NCBI GenBank assembly: GCA_037310415.1
Contig: CP147780.1
Span: 542,362-574,361, forward strand
Direction: 5' to 3'
Length of the DNA stretch: 32,000 nt
Source: Candidatus Atabeyarchaeum deiterrae
GTDB lineage: Archaea; Asgardarchaeota; Atabeyarchaeia; Atabeyarchaeales; Atabeyarchaeaceae
A model generated the notes under the pieces. It did not search any database. It was not told where the DNA came from and worked only from the letters and a program-made list of their open reading frames with translations. Positions within the stretch are counted from its first letter, which is position 1; each line of letters begins with the position of its first letter. Of the stretch, positions 28,928 to 32,000 are shown in pieces. The translations under genes were made by a program, and so were the position numbers.

Positions 28928-30307
28928 ATGAAAAACAATAGTTACCGTGAAGAAAAGAAGAATGTTACATTAAAGACGCCGATAGGCACGAGGGACTTCC
29001 TGCCTGAGGACATGATCGCTAGGGAGTATGTGACAGGTATCATTAAGGGTGTTTTCGAGGGATATGGCTACGACCCAATGGAAACTCCTGCCCTTGAGTT
29101 TAGCGAGGTGTTGAAGGGGAAGTACGGTGAGGAGGAGAAGCTGATCTATGAGTTCAAGGACAAGGGCGGACGAGATCTTGCCCTGAGATATGATCTAACA
29201 GTGCCCATGTCGAGGGTCATTGCGGCGAACCCTCAATTGCCCAAACCGTTTAAGAGGTATCAGATCTCGAGGGTTTGGCGATACGACAATCCTCAGAGGG
29301 GTAGGTATAGGGAGTTTTGGCAATGTGACGTCGATATCGTTGGTTCAAAAAGTATGTTAGCTGATGCCGAACTCGTGATACTTGCCGTTGACGTGTTTAG
29401 AGCTTTGGGATTCAGAGATTTCCGAATCAAGATTAACAATAGGAAGATCTTGAATGCCATGTGCAGCTACGCTGGTATCGAAGAAGGCAGGAAAGTTGAA
29501 GCTTTGAGAGGCTTGGATAAAATCGACAAGATTGGTGTCAAAGGTTTTGCGGAGAATTTGAAGGAGAAGGGGTTCTCGCCTGATTGCGTTGGGAAGGTGC
29601 TTGAATTCATTCAGATGAGTGGAAAGGCAAATGATATATTGAGCGTCGCATCGGAGAGATTGTCGGGTTACGAACAAGGAGTGGAGGGAGTAGAAGAGCT
29701 CAGGGAGATCATTCGCATTTTAAGAGAACTGGGAATAGATGAAGAGTCGTATGTGATAGATCTTAGTCTGGCAAGAGGGTTAGATTATTACACGGGACCA
29801 ATTTACGAGATAGCAATTACCAATCCGAAGATCGGTAGTCTGTCAGGAGGAGGTAGATACGACAAGTTGATTGGTAGTTTCGCCGGCATGGACGTTCCGG
29901 CGACAGGCATATCACTTGGCCTCGAGAGAATTATCGATGTGATGAAAGAGCTTGGGATGACCTCTCTTCCGAAGACCAAGACTTTGGTTCTTGTGTCTTC
30001 AATCGATGAGAAAACAGGCTTGGATGCTTTGAGAATAGCTCAAAGACTCCGGCTTGCAGGAATTGCGGTTCGCACTGATGTTATGGGAGAAAGGAAGATA
30101 ACGAGGCAGCTGAAGTATGCGGACTCTCTTGGCATTCCATACGCAATCATCATAGGACCTCGTGAAATGGAGAAGGGTACATTGAAGCTGAAGATGATGA
30201 ACAAGAGAGAAGAGAAAGAAATGAAGATCGACCAAATAATAGAGTTCTTGAGAGACCAGACACGAACCTGCTCCAAGAATAGCAGAGATGGAAAAGTGTT
30301 GCGTTAA
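28928..30307 (+). CDS. hisS: Histidyl-tRNA synthetase (ORF extends upstream to 28832; start at the Met of MKNNSYREEKK is more plausible)
   Basis: 'TPIGTRDFLPEDMIAREYV', 'LRYDLTVPMSRV', 'QISRVWRYDNPQRGRYREFWQCDVDIVG', 'ARGLDYYTGPIYEI'. Confidence 0.95.
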   Translation: MKNNSYREEKKNVTLKTPIGTRDFLPEDMIAREYVTGIIKGVFEGYGYDPMETPALEFSEVLKGKYGEEEKLIYEFKDKGGRDLALRYDLTVPMSRVIAANPQLPKPFKRYQISRVWRYDNPQRGRYREFWQCDVDIVGSKSMLADAELVILAVDVFRALGFRDFRIKINNRKILNAMCSYAGIEEGRKVEALRGLDKIDKIGVKGFAENLKEKGFSPDCVGKVLEFIQMSGKANDILSVASERLSGYEQGVEGVEELREIIRILRELGIDEESYVIDLSLARGLDYYTGPIYEIAITNPKIGSLSGGGRYDKLIGSFAGMDVPATGISLGLERIIDVMKELGMTSLPKTKTLVLVSSIDEKTGLDALRIAQRLRLAGIAVRTDVMGERKITRQLKYADSLGIPYAIIIGPREMEKGTLKLKMMNKREEKEMKIDQIIEFLRDQTRTCSKNSRDGKVLR

Positions 30308-30398
30308 TGCTAACACTTATATAGCTATGCCGAGTTTATTGCGAAACGTGAAATTCGGGTATAACGTCTTCTGATCGACCCCAAGGAGTGTAGTTCCC

Positions 30399-30818
30399 AT
30401 GGTTAAAGTTGGCGATTATAATATCCCAGATGAATTGATGTACACCGAGGAGCATGAATATACACGGATTGAAGATGAGGAACTTGTGAAGATAGGAATA
30501 ACTGATTATGCTCAGAAGTCTCTGAGGGACATTGTCTATGTTGAGCTTCCCAAGAAAGGGACTGAAGTGACACAAGGATCTGAGTTTGGTTCGATAGAAT
30601 CAGTCAAGGCCGTGTCCGAGATTTATGCGCCGATATCAGGTGTCATAGAAGAAGTGAACAGTGAACTTGAAAATTCTCCTGAACTTATCAACGAGGATCC
30701 TTATGGAGAGGGGTGGCTCGTAGTAATCAGAGCTTCGAATCTAGAAGGGGACAAACCAAAATTGCTTGGCTCCAAGCAATATGCAAAGGTTGTCAAAGAC
30801 GCAAGTGAAAAGAAATAG
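30399..30818 (+). CDS. gcvH: Glycine cleavage system H protein
   Basis: 'IGITDYAQKSLRDIVYVELPKKGTEV...FGSIESVKAVSEIYAPISG' with lipoyl-lysine context. Confidence 0.96.
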   Translation: MVKVGDYNIPDELMYTEEHEYTRIEDEELVKIGITDYAQKSLRDIVYVELPKKGTEVTQGSEFGSIESVKAVSEIYAPISGVIEEVNSELENSPELINEDPYGEGWLVVIRASNLEGDKPKLLGSKQYAKVVKDASEKK

Positions 30819-30891
30819 AGTCTTTGAAGATTCCGCTTAACCCCTGTTTGTTTCGACTTAATCGAGTGCCTAACGAGGGTCTGACAACCTT

Positions 30892-31101
30892 TCATTTTTG
30901 TTTTTCTGGTGGCTCCGTCTTTTTGCTTCCGATTGATTCCGCTGTCTCCATTTTGTACTTTCTTCGGTATTCTCCGTACTTGTCTAATGGTGAGAATCTA
31001 GGCGGATAAGGCATAATCAGCTTCCCTTTGCAGTATGGGCAGGCATCTGTCTTGAGAGTATATTTACCGCATGCAACACATTTTCTCAGTAGCTTTGGCA
31101 A
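30892..31101 (-). CDS. nop10: H/ACA ribonucleoprotein Nop10
   Basis: 'LLRKCVACGKYTLKTDACPYCKGKLIMPYPPRFSPLDKYGEYRRKYK'. Confidence 0.95.
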   Translation of the reverse strand: MPKLLRKCVACGKYTLKTDACPYCKGKLIMPYPPRFSPLDKYGEYRRKYKMETAESIGSKKTEPPEKQK

Positions 31102-31121
31102 CTAACTCCCCCATGACCTTC

Positions 31122-31913
31122 CTAGCTTTTTAGCAGCAACCCTTCTCCGCCATTGGCTTTTATTTCGTCTAATGCCACTGAGACAGCTTTGTCAATCCTT
31201 TTCTCTGCTGTTTTATAGTCCTTGGCAGTCACAGTGATCCTGTAACGTGGCGTGCCCATTAAGGCAATGTTTGTCTTTGTGTCACTTGACTTTGCTTCTT
31301 CCAACACTTTCAGAAGGGATTTCTTTATCGCTTCTATTCCATCGGATTTGAGGCATCTGAGTTCGATCAGTCGATCCACTTGTACTTTCCGTATTTGTAT
31401 GTACGACTCTGCAACGGATTTTATGACCTTTGCCCAATCTTCTGGTACGCCAGCTTTTGTCAGAACTTCTTCACCTTGTTCAACGCTGTTCTCGAATCCT
31501 TGATAGATCTCGCCGAACGCATCTTCCATTTTCCAACCAGCTTCATTGTATGCTTGGTCTACAGTCTTTCCGAGTTTCTCAGCTGCCATAGAAAGCAAGT
31601 TCTCGGCTTTCTGAGCTCTCTTCCACTCATAGATCTTCTGCTTTCTTGCCTGATCAGTTGTCCTCTTGAGCGATAGATCGACGTGACCTTTTGATTGGTC
31701 GACCCTCTGAACTTTTGTGACAACTTTCTGTTTTTCTCTTACGAAGTCTCTGATGTTCTTAACCCATGTGGTCGCGAGCTCGCCTATGTGTATGTATCCT
31801 TCTTTGTCTCCATAGCCATCCAGCGTGACATATACACCGTGAGGAGCTATTTCCTTGACAGTTGCAAGTACGTATTCGCCTATTTCTGGCCATTCTTCTC
31901 TTTTTCTAACCAT
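31122..31913 (-). CDS. eif2a: Translation initiation factor aIF2 subunit alpha
   Basis: S1 domain 'EIGEYVLATVKEIAPHGVYVTLDGYGDKEGYIHIGELATTWVKNIRDFVREKQKVVTKV'; C-terminal alpha/beta domain. Confidence 0.96.
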   Translation of the reverse strand: MVRKREEWPEIGEYVLATVKEIAPHGVYVTLDGYGDKEGYIHIGELATTWVKNIRDFVREKQKVVTKVQRVDQSKGHVDLSLKRTTDQARKQKIYEWKRAQKAENLLSMAAEKLGKTVDQAYNEAGWKMEDAFGEIYQGFENSVEQGEEVLTKAGVPEDWAKVIKSVAESYIQIRKVQVDRLIELRCLKSDGIEAIKKSLLKVLEEAKSSDTKTNIALMGTPRYRITVTAKDYKTAEKRIDKAVSVALDEIKANGGEGLLLKS

Positions 31914-32000
31914 GGTCCATCATCTGCATGTATCTTTGAGATCCTGGTTGTAGTCCTTTAACCGGCGGAACAGTAGTCTAAATTAGATGAACTCTCTTTA

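Overview
Archaeal chromosomal segment. The gene content (unsplit Rpo B, split Rpo A'/A'', EF-1alpha, PAN, NAC, aMBF1, TFE, Nop10, aIF2alpha, Trm56, every tRNA gene interrupted) suggests a TACK-like lineage, but this is inference. Two conserved blocks flank an accessory-looking stretch at about 19.6-26.8 kb. Left block (0-19.5 kb): prepilin peptidase, GNAT, Arf/MglA-like GTPase, V-type ATPase subunit D, NAC, PUA protein, PAN, aMBF1, Trm56, TFE, uS10, EF-1alpha, uS7, NusA-like, eL30-like, Rpo A'', A', B, H. Right block (26.8-32 kb): PIN-ATPase, HisRS, GcvH, Nop10, aIF2alpha. The strongest unusual signal is a tRNA-Lys(UUU) gene on the minus strand (19332..19546). It only folds into a normal cloverleaf if FOUR introns are removed (24, 35, 51 and 28 nt, at positions 22/23, 30/31, 37/38 and 59/60), each with a bulge-helix-bulge-like boundary; the mature length then comes to exactly 77 nt including CCA. 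The other three tRNA genes are also interrupted: Val(UAC) with a variable-loop intron, Ser(UGA) with a canonical intron, and a probable Arg(CCU) with an unusual C33. Other notable signals are a four-copy, same-orientation dispersed repeat of about 60 bp confined to the accessory region, a free-standing LAGLIDADG endonuclease, and a strong hairpin just upstream of a 39-aa Pro/Gly-rich small ORF. All calls are from reading the sequence and the supplied ORF translations. No database search or folding program was run.
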